Shown: positions 1 to 15,100 of the stretch, piece after piece
Numbering within the stretch: the stretch's first letter is position 1
How the letters are laid out: each line of letters opens with the position of its first letter
Source: Antedon mediterranea
Taxonomy: Eukaryota; Animalia; Echinodermata
Assembly: GCF_964355755.1 (NCBI RefSeq)
Contig: NC_092678.1
Location: 21,965,365 to 22,029,364, forward strand
Length of the DNA: 64,000 bases
Direction: 5' to 3'
Made by a program: the position numbers and the translations under genes
The notes under the pieces: model-generated
Told to the model about the DNA's origin: nothing
Databases searched by the model: none
Seen by the model: the letters and a program-made list of their open reading frames with translations, nothing else

Positions 1-3
1 CAC

Positions 4-116
4 CTTGAGTCCCCTGCATTTGCTACATACAACTTTCCGAGAATGAATAGCGCCACCAACGCAGTACAGCCACCGGATATATGATATAAACGTTTCTCTG
101 CTAAAATCTGCTCATC
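4..116 (-). CDS. PPM1H: PPM1H-like coding exon 4 (DEQILAEKRLYHISGGCTALVALFILGKLYVANAGDS-R)
   Basis: Acceptor ttgtag at 117+, donor GTG at 3-1; PP2C GCTA and ANAGDSR motifs; missed by the ORF track. Confidence 0.93.
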
Positions 117-3100
117 CTACAAGTAAAACGTAAAAATATTTAATTAAACTTTTGAAAAAAAAGTTAAAGATGTATTGTCCCTCAAAAACATAAAACATAT
201 AGATGAATAAAATCAGATTTTGAATAGGCCATTTTGCAGTTTTAATAAAGTTATTGAATTCACTTCTGTAGAAAAAAAAATCAACAAAAATAATTATTTC
301 ATTGCATAAAAAGACAAAAGAAACGGTTAATTTTAACCAAAAATCATTGTCTGATAAACAATTTAGGAAATTTTTGCTTTAAATTAGGCCCCTACATATT
401 TTTTTTCAGGAGAAATTGTTTTTTTCAATCCAGTTTTTTGGTCAAAGTGAATAACTATTGTGACATTAAAAAAATTGCACTATTCAACAAAAAAATGTAA
501 ATAGGAAAAATATGTCTTTAAAAGAAACCTGCTTGTATATTATAACCATTATAAATATAAGGAAACCAAAAAATATAATTCAAGAACATTGTAAAATTAT
601 TAATCTTATTCTACACATTTACGTCACTTTAAAATCTTGACCGTTTCAGAGGGTGTCCAGATCAACTTATTTCCTTTACTCATTCCTGCTGACCCATGGA
701 ATGGCCAGATTTCAAATAATAAGGAAAAACAAACGGTTTCTTTAGTTATTTGATTTATATAGGAGTTTGTACAGACAAACTCATAAGTATGAAAAACTAA
801 ATCAAACAGAAATGTAATGATAAAGACAAAAACAATGAATATTAAAGTGAACAGTTTAGATTTACTAAGTACAGTATCAATGCATTTTCATTTATTTCCA
901 ACAGTTTTGAGTGACTTAAAGTTTGCCCAAGGAAAAGAACAGCCCGATAGGTGAGAACCCAACCACGAAATATCAACCACACAATTCCATTTTTTTAATA
1001 TCTACTTTTGATTGCATCTGTTGTGACTGACTGAAGACTGTATAAAATCTTGATTGATTTTTGTTTCTTTATTAAAGCATTGTGTTTCACCTATGACAGT
1101 CTTCCACTCAATGTGCGTTTTTGGCCTTAGGGTTATTGGTTGACACCTATCACATCCCCTTAGGCGACTACGCTTAACCTCAGGCCGCTTTCAATCAGAA
1201 TGGAGTGAAGCGCAGAATGCTAATCAATGGACTCAAATGACAATCTACTGTAAATATGATGGATCAACTAGTTTTTTTTTAAACAATGTTTTAAGTCTTT
1301 TGTCTATCCAGGATCTCTAATTTTTAGGTCCATGTTCTATCTGATAATGAGTTTAAATTATAGTCCTATGCCATCAGAAAAGGTAAGAAAAACAACTTGA
1401 CTAAATTGTCTGCAACAATCTAACTATCAAACTAGTTCCCAAATATGGTGGTGATATACCCAAATATGGTATCTCTAGTAATGTGAAATCATGATGTCCA
1501 TATATTGGCATATCACAATTTTTTGTCACATAAAGTTTGATAGTGTGGACAGAGCTAAAAAGTAAAAAACAAATTTGGGTAATAATATCTTCACCATACA
1601 AATAAAAAAACAAACCAAATAGAAATCACATCATTATTTTCTCTCAAAGTCTTCATTTTTGGTTAAAATATTATTTAATATTGTAAATTAATTTAAAAAC
1701 TATGCCATGTAAAACGTCTCAACTATTTTGAAATTGAAAATAAAGCTAAAATAGAAACATTTCCATCAGGAAATATTGGAGAAAGTATAGGATTGCTGTG
1801 CATGGATTTGATTCCAATGGGAACGGGCTGTAATTAACAGGCTTAATTAACTTGGGATAGATTAATTATCAACTTATTTTGATATTTCAAAAATTGTCAA
1901 CTAAAATAAAACCTGTTATATTTCATTCACAGTATTTTGAAGTATAGTTTGTTATTATGTCTATAAAGTAGAGTAGAAAAATGTTAACTTCTCCTTTGGG
2001 GACTTCCTTACTCACGAGACACCACTAAAGGCAACATTTTCTTGTGAAATATAGGCTGTATAACACTATGGTCAACCCATATAATAATTCAGGACACCTC
2101 TATTAAGTTAAATTTTGCAGTATAAACAAAACTCTGTCTACACTATCAAATTGTATGTGACAAAAAAATGTGATGTGACCATATATGGACACGATGATGT
2201 TATATTATTACCATATTTAACCATATCATTACCATTTGGGTACATCACACTTTTTTTGTCAAACTAGTTTGATAGTGTAGATCGAGATTTAGACTAAATA
2301 AAAATATGGGCACAACACTACCATATTTGGGCCCATCACACTTTTTGTCTGGTTTGATAGTGTAGACAGAGCTTAATACTTGTGGATATAACAACAATGT
2401 ATGATTAGTGTACAAATATGGGCACAACACTACAGTACCATATTTGGGCACATCACACTTTTTGTCTGGTTTGATAGTGTAGACAGAGCTTAATACTTGT
2501 GGATATAACAACAATGTATGATTAGTGTACAAATATGGGCACAACACTACCATATTTGGGCACATCACACTTTTGTCTGGTTTGATAGTGTAGACAGAGC
2601 TTAATACTTGTGGATTATATAACAACAATGTATGATTAGTGTACAAATAAAAATTACTGACTTTAATATCATATTAGTATTAGAATGATGTTGTTGTATT
2701 ACAGTAAATAAAGAATTTTTGAATAATTACTAATATTAACATTTTTATATATTTTGTATAATAATAAATCAAATATTATCCTATCTTTTTTCCCTGCCAT
2801 TCATAGAAATCATCTTGATTTTAAAAGAAAACAAAACTGTTGAGAAAGATTATAAAATCAAAGTTTAATTGGTAATTTATAAACAGAACGATGTAGGTTT
2901 CTTTGTTGAATTTCATCGCTTGATTTCATCTTCTCAGACAAAATAAACATGAATGTATCAATCGTATTCGTTAATCTAATTAGAAAACAAGAGGTTTTTT
3001 CCCCTTCAAAATCCACATGACCTTTCATTTCGCCGAGGTAAAGTAGGACAGAGAAAAAAGTTAACTAGCGTGTGAGCGTGTTTATACGACTGAATCACAG

Positions 3101-6100
3101 ATGAGATGAAAGTCAATGAGAGGATAATGATGCTGACGTAGATACTCCTCTCGATGAGTGTCCTTCTTGTCTACTTAGCCTTATTACGACGACAAGACCT
3201 GTGCATGTATCCGCCTAGAAACAAATACCGAATGTTAACACAAATTGTTTTTGTGCCTTTCCTATAGCGCCCTGGTTATAAATCCCAGAGGTGTGATTAA
3301 ACCTAGCTTGAGCAAAACAGAAATGTGAATATTTTATTTTGTTTTAAAAAGAGTATTTTGTGTGTGTAAGTAAATTGTATGTTATTAAATTGGAAAATTA
3401 GTTTTAACAACTTTTTTTAACATTAACAATACTGAGAAAAAAATGTTACTGTTACTATAATTGAACATTGCATTTTGATTGTGTTTTATTTTAACAACAA
3501 ATGCTGTTTTAAATCATAATTCTGACAATATAATTTTAATTTACTGTAACTATATCTACTATAAACATCACATTTCTTTCAGTGTTAGTTTTACTGTGAC
3601 TCTCTGAGTGATATAGAAATGTCACAGTACAAATGGTTCAACTTGTGAAATAAAACCTCATCTCTCATTTCATGAAATTATTTGTACCATTGCACTCATC
3701 AACATTTATTATTTGTATACTATTGTACATTCAGCTTTCTGAAAAACATGTTGAAGACTTTGTGTCATGCAAGGCTATAGGAATTTGAAAACCAATGTGT
3801 AGTGTGTGCGTTCTAGACTCCGCCCTGTTAAATAGTACTCAACTCATGAAATATTCACAGACCTAGCAACTTCGAAAAATAAAATATTGGGAAGTTTTAT
3901 GGAAATATAGAGGGTGCTATAATACTACATCAAACCATAGATGGCGCTATAAAAAAACCTGAAAATATTGGCAAATATAATGCACGCCGGAGGCGAATAA
4001 TGCGTTGGAAACTATAACGAATGATTATAAACATTATACAGACCGATTTTCTTTTTTTATCTTTTTTTTAAAACCATATTTAATGAGGGTGATCCATCCA
4101 GCTATTGCTGATCATTAGGGACCCTCAGATGTTCACAAGACAAACATACACAAGATGCTCTACATAAACAAAGTCTTATTACAAGTCTTTGGGAGTGGAG
4201 TAATTTGGTCCTTAAAAGAAATCCTGACATGTGATGGGACTTGAACCCAGGACCCTTGGAGTGGTAGCCAAGCATCATAACCACCAAGCCACAACTCTAC
4301 TCTAATACGATATACTTAGTATGTTTTTTATTCTCTTATTAATATCTAGAGTAATATAAATTATGTATACATATCAGGAGATTTCTTTTTGGTTTATCTA
4401 AAATATCGGGGGAAATTGGATTTTAACGGGAGAGGAGCAGATGACTCAATATTGAGAGACTCTCCCCATTATCAGAAGAGTTGGGAGGTCTGTATTCTTT
4501 CCATTCAATTTCAACTCATAAACATTCATTACTTGTATAAATAATATAGACTTTGACAATCATTGACTGTACAATAATGAAAATTAGGTCATCCAACCTA
4601 AGCGTTTGTTGCGTTTTAAGTATTTTATTTCCGGAGCTCCATCCAAGGGGGAAAGAATAGCTCATTCTTGTGCTATGTTTACGCTATCATAGGTAAGTCA
4701 ATTTGTACTTTAAAGATAATCTGTTTTGTGTAAATTTACAATAAAAACGTTGAATTTGTTTGCAATGCTTGGAATAATGTAATAATACAGTATACTATTA
4801 CTAGTTTAGTATATTTATTTCACCTTTTGTGTAAAGTACTACTTTTGCATTCCTTTATGCTAGGCCTACTGTATCATAACACTAGAAGTATTCATTGTAC
4901 AGTAATATAATAGACCAGAAGCCTAGAGGTGTCAGCCTAGCTAGAAAGTTAATAAATTTCTATTGGCCTGTGGCAATTATCTACGTACATATCAATGTAT
5001 CAACATTTTGGCGCATTTTTTTTGTGGGTGTGGCTAGGATGGAAATTGTAAATGATCTAGTTCATTTTTGGAGAGTGGGGGTGTTTGACAGGGTCAGTGG
5101 CGGGCACAATCCACCACTGAAAATGTTTGGCAATGGTCATTCATGATAGGTATAAGTTTATTGAACATTTTCTCAACAGTTTTCAGCTGATCTAGATCAT
5201 TTTATTCTTTAAAATGTTTCCCCCTAGCCACACTAACACTAGATATAGACAATTGCCACACACAGTAGAAGGCATAGAAATCGGTTGACTTTCTACAGGC
5301 TGACAACTCTGGGCTCTGCTCTGTTAGGTCATGTGACTATAGAAGTATACTGTACTTAACATTAATCTGCTAGCATCTCATAACTTTTCTAATTGCAGGA
5401 CAGTGAGTTCACTTGCTCTCCCATTTCGTTTGAGATTTATTTGTGCATCAGGTACGGTACAAAGAAAGTATCAAGTTCCTTTCAATTTACACAAGTTTGT
5501 TTCATGTGAGGGATGTTTTAGTATTTTTATTTATTAATTACAGATAAAATGGAGAAACTACTTGTATGCTTGATACTGTTTGTTGCTACATCAGTAGCAA
5601 CTAACAAGACCTGTAAACTGAACAGTAATGCGACATTTGATTTTTTAAAAATGCATTGTCCAGAGGGGATAACATTCTTCAAGGATGATATAGAGGTGGT
5701 GGTCAATAGTCGCATCAAAGTAGATGATCTTAACAAGGATTTTGGGCACTTCTCTCTGATTATCCGAAACATAACTCTGAACGATATGGGATGGTACACA
5801 GCCAGGTGCACAGGCAATGACATGTCAACAATTGGTGGCTATCTCACAGTACTTGATCAGACCCACGACAAGAACCAGCACAACAACCAAGGCGCTGATC
5901 ATGAAGGACTTGAATCAAGTACTACTTACGTTCCGGAGAATTCTGCGCACAAGATAAATGGTCACATTTACATTTATATTATTGTGATTATTGTTATTAG
6001 TTTGCTGTACTATTTGTGTAGGGTTTGCAAAAAAAGAAAATACAAATTGGTGACAGAACTGGCTAAAATTAGTTCCATACACTCATAGCAACTCCAGATT

Positions 6101-9100
6101 TAGTTTAGGGTGTGCACCTTTTCCACTGCATACTAAAATTCATTTGATTTTACAAAAAATAGATTAAAATGTGGGGTTAAATAAACATTCATAAGGCTGA
6201 ACAAGGATTGTTATTATTATTGGACAGTATATTACAGTAGGTAATAATAATAATAATAATAATATAATGGTATTCGATTCAATGGTTTAATTTTAAACAG
6301 GCTGAGCGTATTAAAACCAGTTTAACTCCACATCTATAGTTTAATAGGGGTATGCCTTCTCTCTATGTACTTAATTTACATAAATATTTATTGAAAAATT
6401 GGGTTAAAAAAGTACATTCATAATGAGGATGAAGTGAGAACATTATTATTAAATTTACATTATAATTTATATATAATGTTTATCAATTCCAATTTGTATT
6501 AGGCTTCCTCATGGTCTTCTAGGACAATGACAAAATACTGTAATATTGAAAATAACTTAATGTAGGTTAAAATAAACAATGGAAAACAAGGTAGTATTGG
6601 AAAATGTCAAACTATAGGGTTCTGTGTTTGAAAATAGTCCTACTTTTCAGAGGCAAATTAATTAATTTTGTTTAAAGTAGCAATGCACACTGTAATAAAA
6701 AATATTTACACTCTTTTGTGTGAAAAAAAGTTGATGTCCTTGCAAATAACTGTTAAGATATTTATTTTATAATTAAGTGATGATATTGTAAAATGCCTAT
6801 TAAACTATGCATTAAAATATTAACATTATTTCCATTGAAATAGGTACTAATTACAGTAATAATTGTACAGTAGTTGAATCCTGGCTAAATAGGATAGTGT
6901 TACCTGATGGTAGTTCTTTCTTTGATCACGATTACTTTCTTTCAAATTATCATTATTTTCCTTTATTTATTACGGTCCTACTAAGAATATAACGCACACT
7001 GCCTTTGTCTGCAGTTAGGGAGATATATAAAAGTGTACTATGTTAGCATAAACTGAAGCAAACTTTTAAAATGAATAGTGAAATAACATGCCATCTTCCC
7101 TAGAGCTAATCTCACTGGTCGCTAAAACTTGGCCTTCTGGGACACACCACCAACCAATCAAACCTTTCCTTTCTCAATTACGTTATGGATTAACAAAAAC
7201 AACTTTCACGTTCACGAAGCTTCTGGCATTATTCAAACTTTATAAAACTTTAAAATCTAAAAAGTGAATAACCTTTTAAAAATATATCAATTAAAAATAG
7301 ACAGGAAAAAAATGATCTCGTTGTTTCAATTTGTGGGATGGTAATTAACAAGAAACTTAATTACCAAAATGACTTTTATAAATTTTCTATCTGCCGTTTT
7401 ATGAGTTATTTGTTTCTCTTCTGTCAATTTAACAAATTAAATCAAATTGTTAATAAATTTGTTGAGTTAAAAACAGAATTTTGTATAAAAAATTGTGAAA
7501 TCTGAAATAAAGCATCTTTCATTGAAATTGATACGTTTTCCTTTATATTAAAACATTTTTTAAATATCTTAAAGGTTAATTGTCATTCGATAACCTACTG
7601 TATGGATACTCCAGAAACCATTTACACTTATTTAGGCTATGCTGAAAAACATTACGGATACTCCTTAAAATACCACTTAAAAGAAAATATTTTGAAATTG
7701 GCTTATGTGAAATATTTAGTACTACATTTGAGCAACAATATTTCACTTGAGTGCGATTTCTGTTGAATTGGAACAGAGAAAAACAGGAACCTAGAAATTA
7801 ATTTTAAACTTCTAGTATTACCATCAGATTTTTCACTGCAAAAATTGGGGTAGTTGCAATAAGCTGCACTTTATGAGCATGTGCAGATGTTCTAAACGCT
7901 CCATTGTACTTCATACTGTAGGCTTTATACCAGATAGTAGTAGTACAATCCATATTTGTTTGAATGCTACATAAATATTACAGTATCTACTGTATATCAT
8001 AAATACATAGTGGGTTCGCGCATGTATCTCACTCAGCCTAGCCTGAACTTGCTGTCTCCTTTCCTCATCCTATCCTTTCTGGCAGGCACTCTATAATTTT
8101 TGTGAATGCTAAACACATGTTATTATATCATAAATACATAAGTAGGTTCGTGTATCTCTCACTCAGTCGAGCCTAAACTTGCCGTATCTATAAATCCTTC
8201 ATGGTAACTGAATAATTTTTCTGAACTTTAAATAAATATTATTATATCATAAATACATTCAATAAGTGAAGTGGGTTGGTGCATATATCACTCTAGTAAG
8301 TCTAGGCTATACTTGACAGTACGTTTTGATTGATTAGATTAGCCCGTTTCCGCAACAATCTCGCACGACAAGAATTAATCAGCCTTAGGGTATCAGTTAA
8401 ATCAATTTGGGTAAATGGATGCTATGGCTGTATAGTCCTACGTAGAGCATTTCTACAAAAAAGTGTGAAAAAGTACCAAAATTACATTATTTATCTTCTT
8501 TATAGGGAAAATTCAGGGAAATCTAAATAAAAGACACTTTTTTGGTATGGAAGGCATCCCTATAATAGTGATTCTATTGTAAATTCTATGTTGAAAGCAT
8601 GATGCACAAATAAATTTTCTTTAAATGCGTTAAGCTCTGTCTACACTATCAAACATGATGTGCCAAAAAATGTGATGTGCCATTGGCCATGATGTCATTT
8701 CACTACCATTTAAGCATACAGTATCACTACCATGTTTGGTAACATTGCACTTTTCTTGTCAAACTAGTTTGATAGTGTAGACAGAGCTTTATTGAATTGC
8801 ATATTTTTATGGCATGAATTCTCAAAACAATCTGGTGGTATATGAATAGAGAACTAGCCTACACGATAAGGTGTACTTGCTTACATGTCAGAGGTCTGGG
8901 ATCAATTCCTGATCCAATCATATCTAGCCTAAGATTGAACATTACCTGTACTAAACTGGTGTGTCATGCACTTTACATATAATACAAATTACAATACATT
9001 ACAACTGTACTGCAGTTTGGTTTAGGGAAAAATAATTCTATATTAATTATTATCTTTGTTTTTTGTTTACACAACAATAAAATAAATTACTACCGTGCCC

Positions 9101-12100
9101 TTGAACGGTTGGTTGGCAGAGCCAGCACAGTATCAGCCGATGGACTAATTAACATTTTTATTGAAGTTCTATTCCCAATGGCTTTAAGAAGCTTTTCTTT
9201 GACGTAACAGTGTATAAATTGCTTACAATTAAAATTTTCTTTCATACTGTAGGTACTTGAGGTTATTTTCAACGCATTTCCCAGTAGGATTAAAATGTTG
9301 TCATATCAGCGTACGTATCTAGTCAAGCGTATCATAGACTTTATCAACTTCCACTCCTATAACTACCCACTCGTATTTATTATCCAATCAGATGCTTCGA
9401 TCTCTTTCACTATCACAATTTGAAAAACATATTCTATATAGCTGAAATTGGATGTAATTTCAATCAACTGAAAGTGTGTTGGGAAATTGATTTTATAGAA
9501 AGCAAGAAAAGAAAAAAAAAAGAAAGGACATTTTACTCAGTTTAACATAATAAAAGTAAATTAAACCATTATGAATATAAGTCAATTGTAGTTATAAATA
9601 TAAATTAATTATTCATTATTCAATCTTTCTATTTCAGAATCACTGGTCCATAAAAAGAAAAATTATTAAAAATAAAAAATAAATAAGACTGTATAAATGT
9701 ACCATACACACAACTTCTTCAAATGTTTTTGAAACAAAAAAAAAAAGATTTTCAAAATATTAGGGACATTAAATGGAGAGGAGAAGGGGGTGGGGGGGGG
9801 GATAGGGAGGAGTAGAAGATATTATACCGGAATTTAAACCACAAAAAAGCTTTATGAGAAAAGTAAAAGTTTTTTTGTGATGATAGACACACAGACAGAC
9901 ATTAGGACCAAAATAAATGGGATGGAGAGGTGAGATTTTATTAAAAAAACATAATTGAGAAAAAAAAATGTTTTTGTATGAAAAGTGAAAGCCACCCAGA
10001 GAGAGGAAAGAATCAAGTGTGTGTTGCGATTAGACAGGAAAGGGGTAAAAAGAGGATGATTACAAGCGTATAGTAAGGGGTGATAAAAAGTAATTAATAT
10101 TAAAAATGTTATCTTTATCACCTACAGGCCAGCAAACCATGGTAGAATCTAAAACAATGATAACATTTTGAGACAACTTTGTGTTTCACTGAGATAAAAT
10201 TATGAAGATTTAACGGAAAACAAAAAAGTTATCATATCACATTTGAGAGACAACATCCTCCAAAATAAATTTATAAATAATTTAAAATAAAATCTAAATG
10301 TATTATGATGTTTTAATAATTAATAGAAGATTAAAAATGTATTTTCAACATGGAGTGTTTTCAATGTAAAGCTCTATCTACACTATCAAACTTTATGTGA
10401 CAGAAAAATGTGATGTGTCCATATTGACATGATGATGTCATATCACTACCATATTTGAACATACTGTACCACTACCATATTTGGGCACATCACACTTTCT
10501 TTGTGTTGAATACAGTAGTTTATCCTATCCTACAGTATATACTCATTTTTACTGGAGTAACCATTCTAAAGTTTCGTGGAAATTAATTTAAACATGTGCT
10601 GCACTGTACTTTCTCTATTAACTCAGAAAACATACAGATAAAGATAAAGTTACGCAAACATATAATCAAAACTAAATTTGATACTTACCATTTCGTGGAA
10701 CGAGCTCTCCAGAGCACCGATAATGAGGCTATCAATAGGAATGTCTCTTTCGTTTAACGGCCATTTCTGGCGTCTCTTTGAATCGCTCCGACTTAGGTAG
10801 TTTAAATCTTCGGGAATCTGCGGTTGGAGTAGCTCCTGGATATCCCATAAATGTTGTTGAATATGTAAATGAAGCAGGTGACGGGCGGTGAGCGCGGCCC
10901 CGGAACCAGCATGACCGTCAAACACGCCGAAATATGAACATGAAATATCGATTGGCTCCTGCACAGAAATTAAAACAAATAATAATAATATAATAATTCA
11001 CATTAATTATTGTTTAAATAAGAATTTATTTCTGAAGCTCTGTCTACACTATCAAATTTTATGTGACAAAAAAAATGTGATGTGACCATATATGGACATG
11101 ATGATGACATACTCTACTGTACCTCTACCTTATTTGGTTAAATATCACTACCATATTTGACCATGTCACACTTTTTTTTGTCAAACTAGTTTGATAGTGT
11201 AGACAGAGCTTAAAGCCCTGTTGGCACTTGTACAAATGTTGGACCCACATTGCTAACTAAAGCGCATACAAGTTTCATTGAGCTATTACAGTTTTCACCA
11301 CTTCCCCATCAACCCCGACTCCCTCCCTCCTTTCTCTTATTATTACCCACTTCTGGTATTTTAGAATCATTGAGAGATTTTTATCAAAACCGAACCAACA
11401 CCAATGTCATTCTAGATGAATCACAAAGTACAGTGACTTCAGAGTGAAGATGAGCATCCTGCCCCCTCCCAGGGGAACATTTGAATCACCCTTGTACATG
11501 AAAAGGGTGACAATTATGGGGACAATTGAAAGAATGCTGTTTTAGTATATAATTATGGTTTAATTAAAGCTCTGTCTACACTATCAAACTATACACATAG
11601 TGATATGACATCATCATGTCCATAACTCTTTTTTCACATAAAGTTTGATAGTGTAGATAGAGCTAAATCAAACATCGGAAATGTGGTATTTATTTGGAAG
11701 GTTATTTTACCAATGTTTAAATGCATTTGTATAGATTCAGGATGTAATGAAGATTTTAATTGTTTTTACTACAGGATGGACGTTTCTATTTTTGTACAAT
11801 TTGTCCTTTAAAAGATTTTAAAATTGTAAACTTACATTAAAATTAATATTATTGTATGGTGGTAGTTTATTACTTTATTGAAATGGTTCATTGATGGGGC
11901 AAAAAATTGGTGAACTAGAGGGATTAGGGAGGGCTTAACATTAAGGATGTTTAGTTGTAAATGTCTATCCCTTTTTAAAAATTAAAATATATTTTATAAT
12001 AAAGGTTGTAGTGTATACAAGTTGGGAGGCAATTTTTATTCATTTAAAAGAAGGGAAATGGATTTTCTGTTGTTTGGAGAGATATTATCAAAACATTCAG

Positions 12101-15100
12101 CTCACTTACTTTAACATTCAAATTCTTCCAAAATAGCATAAATTGAAATCGTACTGTAGAAATAGCAGACGGAATAAAATCAATTTTTCAAATTCTTCAG
12201 TTATAAATTCATATCTCGTAATTGTTATCAAATTGTTTACCAAGGTCTGTTGACCTGAATGACCTCAGGACTCATCAACGCTCAATTAGCAAGGAAGTGT
12301 AAACTATGACGACTGAATCACTCGCTGAAGTTGTGTGTTGTGGCAGAGTAACTTATAAATTAGATAAAAGTAATCGATATCTTATGTTACGTTTTAAACC
12401 CCAATAGGACTAGAAATATGTTTATTGTTATATTCATTTTAATATTGTCCTAAACAAACATTGAAAATTAATTTATAACCAGAAAATGGGTATTTGTTTC
12501 ATAGATCTATTCTTAAGCTCTGTCTACACTATAAAACTTCATGTGACAACTGTGCTCATATTATGGACATGATGATGTCATATCACTACCATATTATTTG
12601 GGCACATCAAACATTTTTTGTCTAGTTTGATAGTGTAGACAAGGCTTTAGACATTGTTATCTCCTCGTATCAGTAGTAGTTTTAGTAGTAAACAAATTTT
12701 ATAAGGATATAGTTTAAAATATTGAACATTTCTGAAAGCATGCTACAAGAAAGTCAGCGAATCCGATGATACTGATATCAACAATTAAGAAATTAATTAA
12801 TATAATATCTAACATCCTGTATAGCATTATTGGGTATTTTATTCATTTTATATTATGATACTGCAAACTATTAGTTTGTTTTTAACAAATAATAACAAAT
12901 TATGAGATATCGTTTAGAAAAACAATTGATAACATGCGTTCCTCCGGGCTGTCTACACCCTTCCACTTCTCTATGTATGTTTTGTGGGGGGTGGGAAGGA
13001 TCCCATCCCCTGTTCAGTCCCCTTCACCATGTCCTCAATTATACTAGAGCCCGTTCGGACGGAACAAATTTACACGTGTAATGGTCGCGTGTGGTGTAAA
13101 TTTGGAGATATACTGAGATTTTTCAATTACACCTTAAACCGCAAGCTGATTAACCGCAAGATAAGGAGCAATTTGACCTTAATAGTGTAAAGAGATGCAT
13201 GAAATATGACCCTACTGGGTATTTTTTCGTTAGTTTACATGTGTAAATTGTTCATCGTCCAAACGATCACTGATTACACATGTTAAAGTTACACATGTAA
13301 CTGATTTTACGTCCGAACACAGCCCTAGACTGGACTCAGGATAGTCTATGTACAGTAGATGTACTATGAAACGATGTCCATCAAATCAGACTCAGTTGGA
13401 GCAACTTTAGAAAAACTCAATCTTCATCAGTTTGCAATACTTACAATTTCAGTGCAAGTTGCCTCGACTCCGTCGGGACTTGTTGTATTAATGTGTTCCA
13501 TTAGTTTTGCTTTCAATTTAAAATGACATGCTATAGCTTGGTCTTCATTACACCTTGTTTTACCACCATTTATAACTCTAAAATAAACAAAAAATATTGA
13601 TGTAGTTTTTAGACTATACCATTTAACTATAGGGATGGATAAAGGCTTTTATTGGTTTATCCAGGTAACCTAGGCACATTTGCCATGATGATATAAAATA
13701 ATTAGTGTTTACTCAACGCGATGCAATTTTCGCAACGCATGAGATTTTAAATAGAACAATCAAACGTTATATTCAATTTTTAATGCTTTGGTCCACTTTG
13801 ATTGATTGATATATGGTAACTATATCTGTAGGGTAAATATTAATTGTACAACTTTACTACAGTACCATAAATCTGTATAAAAATCAAAGAATTTGTATAT
13901 TGCCAAGAAATTTGGCTCCTATTTACAAGATGCTTAGATTACACACATCTATATCGTTCGATATTGTCCACAAATTGAAAGGTTATAAAACTTTGCCACA
14001 GATAGTGTTTAATACCGTACGATCCACGACATAATTGATTTCGTGAATATTAGATGGCACAGCGTGGTAATTCACCCATTAATTTTGACAACTGCTAGCA
14101 ATAATACACCTGAAATTAAAGGTCAATACAATAATTGAAAAGGTCGTTTGTGATGAAATATTTTAACTATAACGATTCACCTAAAAAATGACATTTGCAC
14201 AACCGTTTTGAAAGAAGTGTGAACTAGCTATAGTTAACATCAGCTGCCTTTTAGACTGGATCACTACAATCGAATCAATGTCTTTACAGTACTTACGAAC
14301 TATTACTGTAATTAAGAGGTTATTGCTATTCAGCTTTTACCAAAAAATGGTATTAATAATAAATATTAATAAGTTAAATTTTGGTATGATACTGGTTTAA
14401 AAATTTGTTATTAATCTTTATCTTGCTTGTACATGGGTTTGAATCCCAGAGAAAATCTATTTATAAACACACACTGAGTAGGCACTGTACATGTACACCC
14501 ACATCGTATATTATTAAATAAGTAAAATTTCTTTAAAAAAATGCTGCTCGTCTTTTTGACGTAACAGTTTTAATTACGGTATTGTTCTTTCGTCATTAAA
14601 CAATGTTTTTTTTTTTAATTGATATACCAAAAAAAATAGGGAGAATGAACTTGTCCTTATATAGAGGTTTGAGCATTTTTGAAAATAATTCACTGGTCTG
14701 CTTAACTTTGAATAATGATAAATATTGTAATTATTAAGGACTAATTTAAGAAATTATTAAGGAGTTATTGGAATTCATACATGGTTGAATGTAGATCTTC
14801 AGCGACCTTGGCAATGTATATTGCAGTATAGGAATTATGCAATTTCAAATATCTTACTAGTTGGGTCAATACTGGAGCACAATAATCATACGGTTTGCAT
14901 TAATTCCAATTCATCTTATTTGTTGATGTTAATATTATTGATCCAATATCCAAAATAACATAGCAATCGTGCAAACTGGAAAATTGAGTGATCTTGATTT
15001 CAGTGACATTATTATTAAATAAGAATTATGAAATAATAATGACTCACCTGTAAATTTGCATATTAGGTTATTTTTAACATAAACACTTTGATCAACCATT

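Noticed and set aside
2245-2646. 133-aa repetitive ORF / CRISPR-like periodicity
   Set aside because: Translation of a tandem triplication; intervening sequences are identical rather than unique spacers, there are no cas genes, and the context is eukaryotic.
3858-4492. CAGACCT...AGGTCTG as a hAT element
   Set aside because: Short imperfect TIR and no convincing 8-bp TSD.
5527-5823. Minus-strand 98-aa ORF
   Set aside because: Antisense shadow of the Ig-domain CDS.
9775-9812. G-rich tract, possible G-quadruplex
   Set aside because: Low-complexity purine run with no supporting context.
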